64,000 nt of DNA from Bryobacterales bacterium (GCA_963422375.2 OY729428.2:672001-736000), one strand, 5' to 3'; shown: positions 1 through 10,216, counted from the stretch's first letter. Notes: generated by a model from the letters alone, not told the origin. A program made the numbers and translations.

Positions 1-329
1 ATGGCGGGTCTCGACGGAGACAACCTTCATTCGGCGTCCATCGTAGCAATGCACCGGGAGCCCGCCCCAAGGTCGATTCCATCTCGTTTGTGGGTCTACG
101 CCAAGCGGGTCGTGTGTAGAGTCAGTGGACGCTTGGACCGCGCAGCGGCCGATTCTGCGCGGGAGGATGCGCATCGCCCCCGGAAGCGGCCCGTCCTTCG
201 GGCCCGGGCAGGCCCTCCCGGCAGCACGCGCAAACCGGCCGTTTCCCCGCCCGGTCCCTTGCTGCGGGACCCGCCGGGCCGGCGTTCCAAGCTCCGGCCG
301 ACCGCTCCGCGCGCTGCGGCGTCAGACCG

Positions 330-1400
330 GCGGCCAGTGGTTCGGGTCGGCTGCAGGATCGCCGCCAAGTCGTCCTCGCGCCGCACGCCGAAGTGGATCC
401 GCGCCTGCGGCACCGCGTCGAATTCCTTGTCCCGGCGGCGCATGATCACCAGCACGAGGTGGCTCGGCGCCGCGGTCGCCAAGGGCCCGTTGCCGGTGCG
501 GATGCGGCCGGGGTCCTCGCGGAAGGCCACGCCGCGCGAGTAGGGGTTCGCATCCTCCACCACCCGGCGGCCGCGCTGCAGCGTCAGCAGGCGCCGCGCC
601 CCGACCTGCTCGCGCGTCAGCGACGTGATGCCGTAGAGCACCCCCTCGGTCACCGGCCGTCCTTGGTCTTACGCGTGGGGTGCGTCACGCGGATCGCCTG
701 GCGCACGTGCCGGAACGCCAGCTCCCCGGGCTCCAAGTCCGCGACCTCGATCAGGTGCTTCTCCTAGCGCCCGAGCGAGCGCGTCCGGCGCTGTGCGTAG
801 CGGTGCCCCCGCGACCAATCCCAAGCCACCAGCCGTGCCAGAGTGGCCTTGCAGTTGCCCTTGATCATCCGCAGGCAGTCCGCGCCGTGCCGGTCCGCCA
901 GCGCGGCCTCCGTAGCGAACCCGGCGTGCCCCGCGTCCAAGGTCACTGCCAGCCCGCGCACGTCCACCTCCGCCAGCAGCCCCGGCTCGCCTGCGGGATG
1001 CCGGTCGCGTGGTCCACCAGCGTGACCGTCTCGCAATGCGTGCCTCCCGACGTGAGGCGGTTGGCCCCGCGGATGCGCCTGCCGTCCGCGGCCACGGCCT
1101 CGGGACGCTTGCAGCGCGGCTGCGTCCAGCGCTGGACGACGCGCTCCAGCTCCCCCGGTGCGAGCCGCTCCATGCAAGGAAGGCGGGTCTTCCGGGGGCC
1201 ATGCGAGCGGCCTGCGGGCCGTGGTCTCGTCGGCGACGGTCCCCGCACAGCCGGACCAGCACAGCTTGCCACGGCGTCGCGAGCGCATCCCAGCGATCCC
1301 GACCGACCCGGAGGCATATCGGCGCAGCCTCCATGCCTCGCGCCGGCACGCAACCTTTCGATCCGACGACACGCATGCCTCGAGCGCCCCGTGCCGCGGG
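330..1400 (-). pseudogene. ISAs1-family transposase, heavily decayed and frameshifted
   Basis: Motifs spread over three minus-strand frames: AVAADGRRIRGAN (DGK.lRG), TLDAGH...GADCLRMIKGN (DALH / ADY..vKgNQ), YGITSL...RGRRVVEDANPYSRGVAFRED (RgHW.IEN.lH..rD..f.ED). Ends approximate, no TIR identified. Confidence 0.8.
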
Positions 1401-1488
1401 CCGTACAAATACGGGCAGATGAAGAGTCAGCCTAAGGGCCGGGGGCGAGGCGCGGGTCACGGCCGAGAAGGAGGCCGCACCCCGGCGC

Positions 1489-2490
1489 GTGGACTACGAC
1501 GGGGCCTGCAAGGTCCTCTTCTCCACGGCGCGGATGGTGGTCGACCTGGTGCGCGGCTACGCCAGGGAACTCGATCTCGACGAGATCGACTACACGACCT
1601 TGGAGCCCGCGAGCCCCTCCTACCTCGGCGCGGAGGCCGTCAAGCGCTACGGGGACCTGCTGTGGAAGGTGCAAACGAAGGGCGGGCGGCCGGTGTACGT
1701 CCTCGTGCTGCTGGAGTTCCAGTCGAGCGTGCAGGACTACATGGCGGTGCGCCTGATGACCTACGTGGGCCTGCTGTACGAGTCGCTGTGCCAGCGGCAG
1801 GGGTTCCCCCCGCTGCCCATCCTGGTGCCGGTGGCGCTGTACTGCGGCCGGGACAGGTGGACGGCCGCGGACAGCGTGCGCCCGCTGGTGCTAGCCGAGC
1901 CGGCGGCCCCGGCGGGCTTCGTGCCGGGATTCCGTTACATTCTGATCGACGAGCGACGCTGCGAGCTGCTGGGCCTGGAGCAGCGCAACCTGGTGGACGC
2001 GATGATTCGCTGCGGGCGGGCGGCGTCGGCGCCGGCGGCGTCGGAAGAGGTGCTGCGCCTGCAGGAGTGGCTGCGGGGGGACGCGAACGCCGCGCTGCGG
2101 CGGGCCTTCGTGACCTGGCTCGACATCGTGCTGATTCGGCCGCAGTTCCCCGAAGTGAAGCTGAAGGCCGGAGACGGCCTAGTGGAGGTGGCGAAGGTGC
2201 TGGGAAACTCTATGACTTGGATCGAGCAGGCGGAGACGAAAGGCCTCGAGAAGGACCGCGAGGAAGGCCGCGAGAAGGGCCGCGAGGAAGGCCGCGAGAA
2301 GGGCCGCGAGGAGGCGCTGAGGGACACGTTCGAGCGCGTGGTCCGAAACCGGTTCGGGGAACCCGTCGCCGAGGCCGTGGCTTCCCTGAGCCGACCGTTC
2401 GAGTCGGGCGAGACCTTCGCCCGAGCCCTGGACTGGGCCTACGGTTGCCGAAGCGAAGACGAGCTCCTGTCCAAGCTGGCCACCCTCTGA
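1489..2490 (+). CDS. Rpn family recombination-promoting nuclease / putative transposase (YhgA-like PD-(D/E)XK)
   Basis: N-terminal D...K.LFS...V.DL, RYGDLLW, LLEFQS...MAVRLM.Y, PVALY.G..W, and a C-terminal (E/K)GREE repeat tail typical of Rpn proteins. Confidence 0.85.
   Translation: MDYDGACKVLFSTARMVVDLVRGYARELDLDEIDYTTLEPASPSYLGAEAVKRYGDLLWKVQTKGGRPVYVLVLLEFQSSVQDYMAVRLMTYVGLLYESLCQRQGFPPLPILVPVALYCGRDRWTAADSVRPLVLAEPAAPAGFVPGFRYILIDERRCELLGLEQRNLVDAMIRCGRAASAPAASEEVLRLQEWLRGDANAALRRAFVTWLDIVLIRPQFPEVKLKAGDGLVEVAKVLGNSMTWIEQAETKGLEKDREEGREKGREEGREKGREEALRDTFERVVRNRFGEPVAEAVASLSRPFESGETFARALDWAYGCRSEDELLSKLATL
2246..2313 (+). repeat. 12-bp coding tandem repeat (GGCCGCGAG-AAG/GAA) encoding GREK/GREE in the Rpn tail
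   Basis: About 5 consecutive units visible in sequence and translation (EKDREEGREKGREEGREKGREE). Confidence 0.85.
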
Positions 2491-2659
2491 GGCGGCGCGG
2501 GCGACTGTGCCTTCGCAGGCGGATCCGGTCCGACCTGCCTAGGTCGCACGCTCCCGGCAGCGTCGGCCTCGCCCAGGGAACGGGCGGATCCGGGGCCTTG
2601 CAATCGAGCGGGCCCGACGATCCGCCGGCCCCGGGCGGCTACTGCGTCAGTGTTAACGG

Positions 2660-3030
2660 AACAGGCGCTGCATCCAGCGGAGTGGCTGCGGAGAGACGAG
2701 AGCATCGCATCCGGCGGGCCTTCGTGAATTGGCTCGATATCGTGGTGATTCGGCCGCGGTTCCGCGAATTGAAGCTGAGGGCCGGTGACAGCCTAGTAGA
2801 GGTGGCGAACGTGCCAGGAAACCCCATGACCTGAATCGAGCGGAGGCGAAGGGTCGCAGGGAGGGGTTCCAGCGACTCATCCGTCTCAGGTTCGGACAAT
2901 ACCTGGCCGAGTCCGTCGCTTCCCTGAACCGACCGTTCGAGTCGGGCTAGACGTTCGACCAAGCGGTGGAGTGGGCCCTCGACTGCCCAAGCGGCGACGA
3001 ACTCCTGTCCAAGCTGGCCGCGCTCCGACC
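2660..3030 (+). pseudogene. Decayed tandem duplicate of the 3' part of the upstream Rpn gene
   Basis: Aligns by eye to about 2050-2490 (RRAFVNWLDIVVIRPRFRELKLRAGDSLVEVA; EWALDCPSGDELLSKLA). Premature TGA and TAG; GREE repeats missing. Confidence 0.85.
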
Positions 3031-3927
3031 GCCAAATCCGTTTCCGTCACGGCCGCGAGCGGGGAATGCGAGGCATCAAGGGCACTTCGCGAGTGGCGGC
3101 CGAGCCTCGCTCGTCGCGACGGCGGTCCCCACGCACGGGTTAGGCACAGCTCGCCCCGGTGGCACCCCGCTCCTTTCAGCGATCCCGATCGCCCCGGCCC
3201 GGGGTCATGCCAGTGCGGCTCCGTGGCCCCGAGTCACCACCAACCAAGCGCGTCGGAACGGCGCCACCCGCGGCACAATCCGCTTCGCCGCGACCGCGAT
3301 GCGCGACCCTGGCTTCAGCTGGTGCAGGCGTGACCCTGCCCCGTGGCGATTCCTCGTCGGCCTCTCCGGCGATTGACCTCCGCTATGCACCCCCGCAGGG
3401 AGTGGATCCCCTCGCGGGTGCGTTGCGGGCTCCCGCCCGGGTTCATCACGACGTAGCGCGGGTTCCACCTCGAGGCCCGCCCGGGTAAACCGGTCGCGGA
3501 CGCATTGACGATCACCCGTCGCGGCCGCGACGAAATGCCCGCTTGGTCGCCGAGCTGGTCCCAGACGGACTCCAAGCTGGACCGGCAGATGTTCTGCGGT
3601 CTTGCCCGGGCTCTCTCCCGTACGGGCCAGTCGCTAGAGGACGCGCGCCCGATGCAGGCGGAGGCCTCGGTGTCTCCAGGATTGTTGGCCGTCGCGTCCA
3701 CCTAGCTGGCTTCTCCGCCCGCAACGAATGCTGAGCAACTACCTTCGGAGGGTTGAGAAGAATCCACGGAGACCCCGTTCGAGCAATTGGCCTAGCCGAA
3801 TTCGAACGCGAAGCGGAGGAGCGGCGTAGGGCCGGACGGCGTCTGCGGCCAATCCGGATCGGGGAGGGCCGTCCACTTCAATTGCGTGCCGACGGCGGCG
3901 GACCGACAGAAGTCCGGACCGTGGAGA

Positions 3928-4443
3928 TTAGGTGCGGCCGCGACCGAGCGTCTCGAACGGCACGTCTGCCTCTCGGCGATCCTGTGGGCGACCCGATGCC
4001 ACCCATGATCGAATGATATCGGTCAAGGAAGCTACGATCAGGCCTACGCCGACCGCATCGGAACGCACAGCGGACCGCAAGAGATCGTCGTAACCGAATG
4101 TGCCGGCAGGCTTGAAGACTAAGTCGCGCCGACCCGCGGCTATTACCAAGTTCCAGATCCCGGCCCTTGCGAAGGTCTCGCCGGCACAGTCGAAGGCCAG
4201 ACCTTGAGAGATGCGGTGCGTGAACCCCCTCGCTTCGAGCTCTCTGAGGGCGGCCGCCAGCCGCATGAGGTTGGTCGAACCGGCCGATGGATTGATGTCG
4301 GCGTCCGCAGTGAGCCTCGGGAATGCTTGGAGGCGCGCTGCAAGAGCGCCTACCAGGATGTCTTCCACTTGGTGCTCTGCCAAGACCTGCACGATCCGCT
4401 GTGGGTCGAATGGGGCGTTCGCAGGCTGGTCGCTCGTCCGCAA
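3928..4443 (-). CDS. Nucleotidyltransferase-like protein (TA-associated type), possibly decaying
   Basis: ILVGALAARLQ..PRLTADADI (vGg.Aa..hG.pR.T.D.D pattern) and VASLTDIIRS..ASGRPQD (sl.dli..K.aagRpkD) with several non-consensus residues. Confidence 0.6.
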   Translation of the reverse strand: MRTSDQPANAPFDPQRIVQVLAEHQVEDILVGALAARLQAFPRLTADADINPSAGSTNLMRLAAALRELEARGFTHRISQGLAFDCAGETFARAGIWNLVIAAGRRDLVFKPAGTFGYDDLLRSAVRSDAVGVGLIVASLTDIIRSWVASGRPQDRREADVPFETLGRGRT

Positions 4444-4538
4444 TGAAGCGTGAGAAATTCGCGACCTCGATGAGCCGCTACTCGGGCGAGAGAGAGAATC
4501 CCCGGCAGGTCATCCAGCGTGTGGGTACTGAGGGGCGC

Positions 4539-5123
4539 AAAGGAGCGCGACGAGCGCGTGCCGCCGGGCGGCATCGTGCAGGCGGACGATGCCTGCTGGG
4601 GCGGGGAGCGGACCGGCGGCCAGCGCGGTCGCGGCGCGGCGGGCAAGACGCCGTTCGTCGCCGCCGTGCAGGTCAGCGCCGCCGGCCAGCCGGCAAGGAT
4701 GCGCCTGAGCAGCGTGGCGGGCTTCCGCAACAAGACGCTGGCAGCGTGGGCCGGGCGGCACTTGCAGCCCGGCACGGAGGTGCATTCCGACGGCCCGGCC
4801 TGCTTCCGGGGCGTGGCCGACGCCGGCTGCGAGCACGTGCCGACCGTCACCGGAGGCGGGCAGCGGAGCTGCGCGGATTCCCGCTTCGTCCGGGTCAACG
4901 TCCGGGTCAACACGATGCTGGCGCACGTCAAGCAGTCCCTGGCGGGAACCTGCCATGCGCTCGACCGCAAGCACCTGCCGCGCTACCTCGCCGAGTTCCG
5001 CTACCGCTTCAACCGCCGCTACGATCTGGAGGCGCTGGTCCCCCGCCTGCTCCACGCCTCCGTGCGCGCCCCGCCCAGGCCTTACCGCCTCCTAACCTTG
5101 GCTGAGTCTTGTGGGTAATCAGG
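4539..5123 (+). mobile_element. IS1595-family element, 5'-truncated copy retaining the right end
   Basis: ISXO2-type motifs QADDA.WGG, RGRGA.GKTPFVAAV, SDG, YLAEF.YRFNRR. Right end GGCTGAGTCTTGTGGGTAATCAGG (5100-5123). About 96% identical to the copy at 7261-8318 by hand alignment. Confidence 0.9.
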
Positions 5124-5799
5124 TATCGCTTTGAGCGAGTTTTGCGCGAAATATCGGAACCCAGAGCTGGCGCTGGAGATCTTGGATCTCGGACTCAGCC
5201 GCCTGCCGCAGTCCTGTCGCTTGCTGATCCAGAAAGGCATCACGCTTGGCCAAGGACAGAGGTACGAGGAGGCCCGGGGGGCGTTCTCGGAGGCGATGGG
5301 GTTGACACCGGATCACGCCATAGCGCTGACGGCGTTGGCCGTGAGCCTGATCCTATCCGAGGAAACACCGGAAGCCCTGAAGATTCTGGAGGCCGGAGTG
5401 GCGCGATTCCCGGATGACTTCTACGTGCACTACATGTACGGATTCGCGCTGGACAGGGCCCGGGTCGAGGGGGCGGGCCCGGACGGGCAGGAACTCGCGA
5501 AACGGCATTTCAAGCGATCGATCGAGCTGCATGACGGGTTTCCGTCGGCCTACTACCGGCTGGGGAAACTGCTTGCCGAGAACGACTTGGACGAGGCCAT
5601 GCTGAACTTGGAGATAGCCGTGCGGCTCGACCCGCAATTGACAGCTGCGAAGTATCAGCTCGGCCAGCTCTATTGGGACAGCGGCCGCAGTGAGGAGGAG
5701 GCGCGATTGATGCGAGAGGTCGGCGAGGCGAAGCAGCGCGAACTCGAAAAGGAGCAAACGCCGCAGTTCCGGGCCGTCAAGGCTCCCCCGTCGCGATGA
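5124..5799 (+). pseudogene. TPR-repeat protein, C-terminal part only (5' end cut at the IS1595 end)
   Basis: TPR-like helices (YEEARGAFSEAMGLTPDH, AYYRLGKLL, AAKYQLGQLY). Frame starts immediately at the IS terminus with no native start or signal peptide. Confidence 0.7.
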
Positions 5800-6092
5800 C
5801 CCAACCGCAAAGCGCCCGAGTCCAAGCGGGCATGCCCCAAGCACGCAGGCAGGGGATCCATGCGGACCGATTCTCGCGCTGCGGTGCTAATCGCATAGAG
5901 AGTTCCCAGTGATTCGGTCAGTCGATCACGTTCCATGGGGCGTTGAGCGGCTTAGTTTGCAATCGCATGGCAGAAGGGGCTAGAATCAGGACAGCAAGGA
6001 GGCGGGAGCACGAGCGCACTGTGCCGACTTCGCCCAGAACCGATGAGGCCTGGCAGGCACATAGCCTGACGCAGACGATCAGCCACGCTGCC

Positions 6093-6860
6093 ATGCCCTC
6101 CGCTGCACGTTTTCGACACCTCGCGAGCTTGGCGCTAGCCGCGGCGCTGCTGAACCTCGGCTTGGTCCCGAACCAGGCTCCGGGGCAGCAGCGCAACGCT
6201 GGCATCGAAATCTACGGGCTGGCCGGCATGTACTATTTCGGCAACGAATCCAACTTGCTAAAGGCTAGGCGGTGGGCACCCCAGTTCGGTGCCAGCATCT
6301 TCGTTCCTGTCTTTTCGAAATGGGGGCTGCTCGTGGACGGGATCGCAAGTCGGTTGGAGGTGGAGGAGGGTCCATTTGGCCCGCATGACGGCCATCCGCA
6401 TGTGTTTTTCTACCGAGCAAGGCCCGACCTCGCCGCTGAAGATGTAACGACGCAACAATTGTTTGCGATTCACCCGTCGTTCGTAAGGCGATGGAGAATG
6501 AATCGTGTTTCGATCTACGCTGGCGGTGGCTTTGCCTCCGAGCACCAACGCTGGACCAGCCGTTACCGACCGATCAACTCCTTTGAGGATTTCAAGCGCG
6601 AATCGGTGATCGAGAGCGGATTGCCCTATGTGAACGCGGCTGACTTCCCGGAAGCGGGGTGGACCGGCATCTATGCCCGGTCGGCGCAATTCATCGAATC
6701 GCACGATTCGGTTTCCGCGACGGGCTTGACGGCACGCGGCGGCATCTTGGTGGACGCTACCCCGCGCACAATCGTGAGAGCGGGATATTCGTACATCTTC
6801 ACGTACTTGGATTCGCCTCCTTCACAGGTGCTCGAGCTAGGTGTCGGATATCGATTCTAG
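6093..6860 (+). CDS. Putative outer-membrane beta-barrel protein
   Basis: Signal peptide after ATG 6093, alternating beta-strand patterns, C-terminal beta-signal LELGVGYRF. Confidence 0.7.
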   Translation: MPSAARFRHLASLALAAALLNLGLVPNQAPGQQRNAGIEIYGLAGMYYFGNESNLLKARRWAPQFGASIFVPVFSKWGLLVDGIASRLEVEEGPFGPHDGHPHVFFYRARPDLAAEDVTTQQLFAIHPSFVRRWRMNRVSIYAGGGFASEHQRWTSRYRPINSFEDFKRESVIESGLPYVNAADFPEAGWTGIYARSAQFIESHDSVSATGLTARGGILVDATPRTIVRAGYSYIFTYLDSPPSQVLELGVGYRF

Positions 6861-6982
6861 TTGGATTGCACGCCAGCGAGACATCTTCGCGCGCGTTCCG
6901 AAAATCGCGAGAGCGGGCACCCGGCGACCTTCGCTATCCGTCGGCAGCGCGCTGCCCGTTTCGCATGAACCCGAGGTGCGTC

Positions 6983-7260
6983 TCAGAGGCCGAGATCCTC
7001 GATGAGCTTTGTATCGTACCGGCCCTCGAGAAAAGCCGGCTCGGCGAGGATGCGTTGATGGAGCGGAATAGAGGTCCTGATTCCCTCCACGACGCACATC
7101 GAGAGCGCTCGGCTCATCCTTTCTACAGCGTTCTTGCGGGTGGGTGCATGCGCGATCAGCTTCGCGATAAGGGAATCGTAGTAGGGCTCTACCGTCGCGC
7201 CCGAGTACATGGCGCTGTCCACCCGCACGCCGGGACCGCCCGGAGGAGCGTATTTCTCAA
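6983..7260 (-). pseudogene. accC: Biotin carboxylase (AccC-like) C-terminal fragment truncated by IS1595
   Basis: PGGPGVRVDS.MYSG..V.PYYDSLIAKLI...R..AVERM.RAL....VEGIRTSIPLH matches the biotin carboxylase C-terminal domain. It begins exactly at the IS end. Confidence 0.85.
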
Positions 7261-8318
7261 CCTGATTACCCACAAGACTCAGCCAAGGTTAGGAGGCGGT
7301 AAGGCCTGGGCGGGGTGCGCGCGGAGGCGTGGAGCAGGCGGGGGACCAGCGCCTCCAGGTCGTAGCGGCGGTTGAAGCGGTAGCGGAACTCGGCGAGGTA
7401 CCGCGGCAGGTGCTTGCCGTCGAGCGCATGGCAGGTTCCCGCCAGGGACTGCTTGACGTTCGCCAGTATCGTGTTGACCCGGACGAAGCGGGAATCCCCG
7501 CAGCTCCGCTTCCCGCCTCCGGTGACGGTCGGCACGTGCTCGCAGCCGGCGTCGGCCACGCCCCGCAAGCAGGCCGGGCCGTCGGCATGCACCTCCGTGC
7601 CGGGCTGCAAGTGCCGCCCGGCCCACGCTGCCAGTGTCTTCTTGCGCAAGCCCGCCACGCCGCTCAGGCGCATCCTTGCCGGCTTGCCGGCGGCGGTGAC
7701 CTGCACGGCGGCGACGAACGGCGTCTTGCCCGCCGCGCCGCGACCGCGCTTGCCGCCGGTCCGCTCCCCGCCCCGGTAGGCCCCAGTAGGCATCGTCCGC
7801 CTGCACGATGCCGCCCAGCGCCACGCGCTCGTCGCGCTCCTTCAGCACTGGCAGGAGCTTGTGCTTCACCTTCCAAGCCGTGTCTTCCAGGCCGTGTTCC
7901 GGCTGACGCCCGGCTGCCGCGCCAGTTCCAGCGACGAAACGCCGTGCTTGCCCTGCGTCAGCAGGTGGAGCGCCAGCAACCGGACGGTCAGCGGCAGCTG
8001 GGTGGCGGCGAAGATCGTGCCGGCGACGAGGGAGGTCCGGCGGTGGCAGGCATGGCACTGCCAGAGCTTGCGGGAGCGGATGCGGCAGTGCCGGCGGGAG
8101 CCGCACTCCGGGCAGCGGAAGCCGTCCGGCCAGCGGGCGTTGAAGACGGCCTGCTCGCATGGCCCCTCGCTGCCGTAGCGCTGCAGGAACTTGCCCGGGC
8201 TGAGTCCCTTCTGGAATTGCACGCGATTGCGTTTCAGCTGCTAGCCCCTTTCCTATCAGAGATTTCCGACCTTCTCACAGTATAGCATATCCTCGGCTGA
8301 CGTTCGTTGGTAATCAGG
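7261..8318 (-). mobile_element. IS1595-family element, full length, transposase frameshifted
   Basis: TIRs CCTGATTACCCACAAGACTCAGCC (7261) and GGCTGACGTTCGTTGGTAATCAGG (ends 8318). Zn ribbon WPDGFRCPECG..WQCHAC and DDE motifs split across frames. No target duplication seen. Confidence 0.92.
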
Positions 8319-8934
8319 AAGACTTTTGCGCCTCTCAGTACGCTCGTTGGAGTCAGGGGCTGAACCTTCTTCCGTAGCGATGTTTCCGACATATCGCCGC
8401 AACTGTCCGAGGGCGTTTGGTCGCTGAGATCGGATGCAATTGTCATGCCTGTCACAACGATACGCAGCCGAGGGGATTGCACTTCCAGCGAAGTACGGGG
8501 CCGCAGCGCGAGTCGTCGGCACTACCAAGGTCAGTCTGGCCCGCCGGCACCCCGCGCTCCGGGTGCGCCTTGAATGAATGACCTAGTGAGGGGATCGAAT
8601 CTGGCGGCCGTAAGGTAGGGTCTCGGCGGTAACGCTGTTACCGGACCTGCTTCGAGAGCATGAGGATGCCCAAGTCGCACGCTCTTCGGGATTCGCGATT
8701 CCTTGACCCGTCGACTAGGAACCTCGGCGTGAACCTGCGTTAGCGCGAGAAGTGCTCGCTAGCACCATGCAGCTGACCAAGGTCGGAGTGCGCCGGCTGT
8801 GTCCCGACGAAGCGACGCGGCGGGTCGCGTTAACGGGCCGCTCCGACCGCGTCAGGTTGGAACCACAGCTAGCCTGGCGGGCTTCGCGCCCGCTGGAGGA
8901 AAGTGCCCTGGCACGGCGCACCGAAGAATCCGGC

Positions 8935-10134
8935 CTAGGACAACAAGTCCTCGACGATCCTGACCGCGAGATCCACGTGCTCGCGCTCGATGACGTACGG
9001 CGGCAGGAATCGCAGGACGTTTCCCGCGGTGCAGTTGATTAGCAGGCCCTGCGCCTGCGCCCGGCCGACGAATTCCGCGCCGGGCACGCTGAGTTCCAAG
9101 CCGACCATCAGGCCCCTGCCGCGCACGCGCACCGCAATCTCGCTCCGGTCGACGACGCGCTGCAGCCCCTCGCGAAAGTAGGCGCCGATCCCGCGCACGT
9201 GGGGCAGCATTTCTGGCAGGAGATCCAAGAACTCCATCGCGGCGCGGCAGGCGAGGGCACCGCCGCCGAAGGTGGAGCCGTGCATTCCGGCCCCCAAGAC
9301 GGCGGCAGCCGACTCCGTGCAGACTGCGGCACCGATCGGTAGCCCTGCACCCAGCGGCTTGGCCAGAGTGAGCACGTCCGGCGAGACGTCCGGCCACCGC
9401 TTGAACGCGAACGTCTCCCCCGTGCGGCCCAGACCGCACTGGACCTCGTCCAGCACGAGCAGAGCGTCGTGCTGGTCGGCGAGTTGCCTGGCCAATGTCG
9501 CGAACTTCCGCGTAATCGCCACGATTCCGCCCTCGCCTTGGATGGGCTCGAACAGGATGGCCGCCGTGTTGTCTCCCACGACCCTTTCGAGCGTCGCGGT
9601 GTCGTTGGGCGGAACGAACTTGACCCCGGGAATCAGCGGGGCGAACGGATCGCTGTACTTGGGCTGGCCGGTCACCGAGAGCGCGCCGAGCGTGCGGCCG
9701 GCGAACGAGTCCTGCAACGCGACGATCTCGTGCTTGCCGGGGCTTATCGCCCGTCCGCGGCCCTTGGCGATCTTGAGCGCCGCCTCCACGGCTTCTGCGC
9801 CGCTGTTGCAGAAAAAGGTCCGCTGCATGCCTGTGATCGCAGCCAAGCGCTCCGCAACCGCACCTTGGTGGGCGTGATAGTACAGATTCGAGCAATGCAC
9901 GAGCTGGCCCAGCTGGTCGGTAAGCGCGGCGACGATCCGCGGATGGGCGTGGCCCAGCGCCATCACCCCGATGCCTGACATGAAATCGAGGTACCGTCGG
10001 CCGTCGTTGCCGTGAATGTAGACGCCCTCGGCCCGTCGGACCACCAAGGGATAGCGTCCGTAGTTCCGGACGACGTACTTGTGATCCCGCGAGACAACAG
10101 GTCCCGATTCAAAGTGTTGGCTACCTGCGGCCAT
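8935..10134 (-). CDS. argD: Acetylornithine aminotransferase (class III PLP)
   Basis: YLDF.SGIGV..LGHAHP, FFCNSGAEAVEAALK, EPIQGEGG, DEVQCGLGRTG, TLAKPLGAGLPIGA, HGSTFGG. Confidence 0.9.
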   Translation of the reverse strand: MAAGSQHFESGPVVSRDHKYVVRNYGRYPLVVRRAEGVYIHGNDGRRYLDFMSGIGVMALGHAHPRIVAALTDQLGQLVHCSNLYYHAHQGAVAERLAAITGMQRTFFCNSGAEAVEAALKIAKGRGRAISPGKHEIVALQDSFAGRTLGALSVTGQPKYSDPFAPLIPGVKFVPPNDTATLERVVGDNTAAILFEPIQGEGGIVAITRKFATLARQLADQHDALLVLDEVQCGLGRTGETFAFKRWPDVSPDVLTLAKPLGAGLPIGAAVCTESAAAVLGAGMHGSTFGGGALACRAAMEFLDLLPEMLPHVRGIGAYFREGLQRVVDRSEIAVRVRGRGLMVGLELSVPGAEFVGRAQAQGLLINCTAGNVLRFLPPYVIEREHVDLAVRIVEDLLS

Positions 10135-10216
10135 CTCAGTTTCAGCCTACCACCATGCGAAGGAGCCGGCCCACGGGAACGGGAGTGAACAGCCGCCTGG
10201 ACTACGCTGGAACAAG

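Noticed and set aside
2050..3030. Diversity-generating retroelement TR/VR pair in the Rpn duplicate
   Set aside because: Mismatches involve all four bases rather than adenines only, indels are present, and there is no reverse transcriptase in the window.
3030..3930. Short ORFs between the Rpn duplicate and the nucleotidyltransferase
   Set aside because: No recognisable family motifs in any frame, so no call is supportable.
7250..8330. Target-site duplication around the full IS1595 (also checked for ISNCY)
   Set aside because: The flanks (TTTCTCAA vs AAGACTTT) do not match, and none was found for ISNCY.
8380..8580. CHACH heme-like motif in a + strand frame after the IS end
   Set aside because: No start codon or signal peptide and a stop lies just upstream; probably chance or an unassignable remnant.
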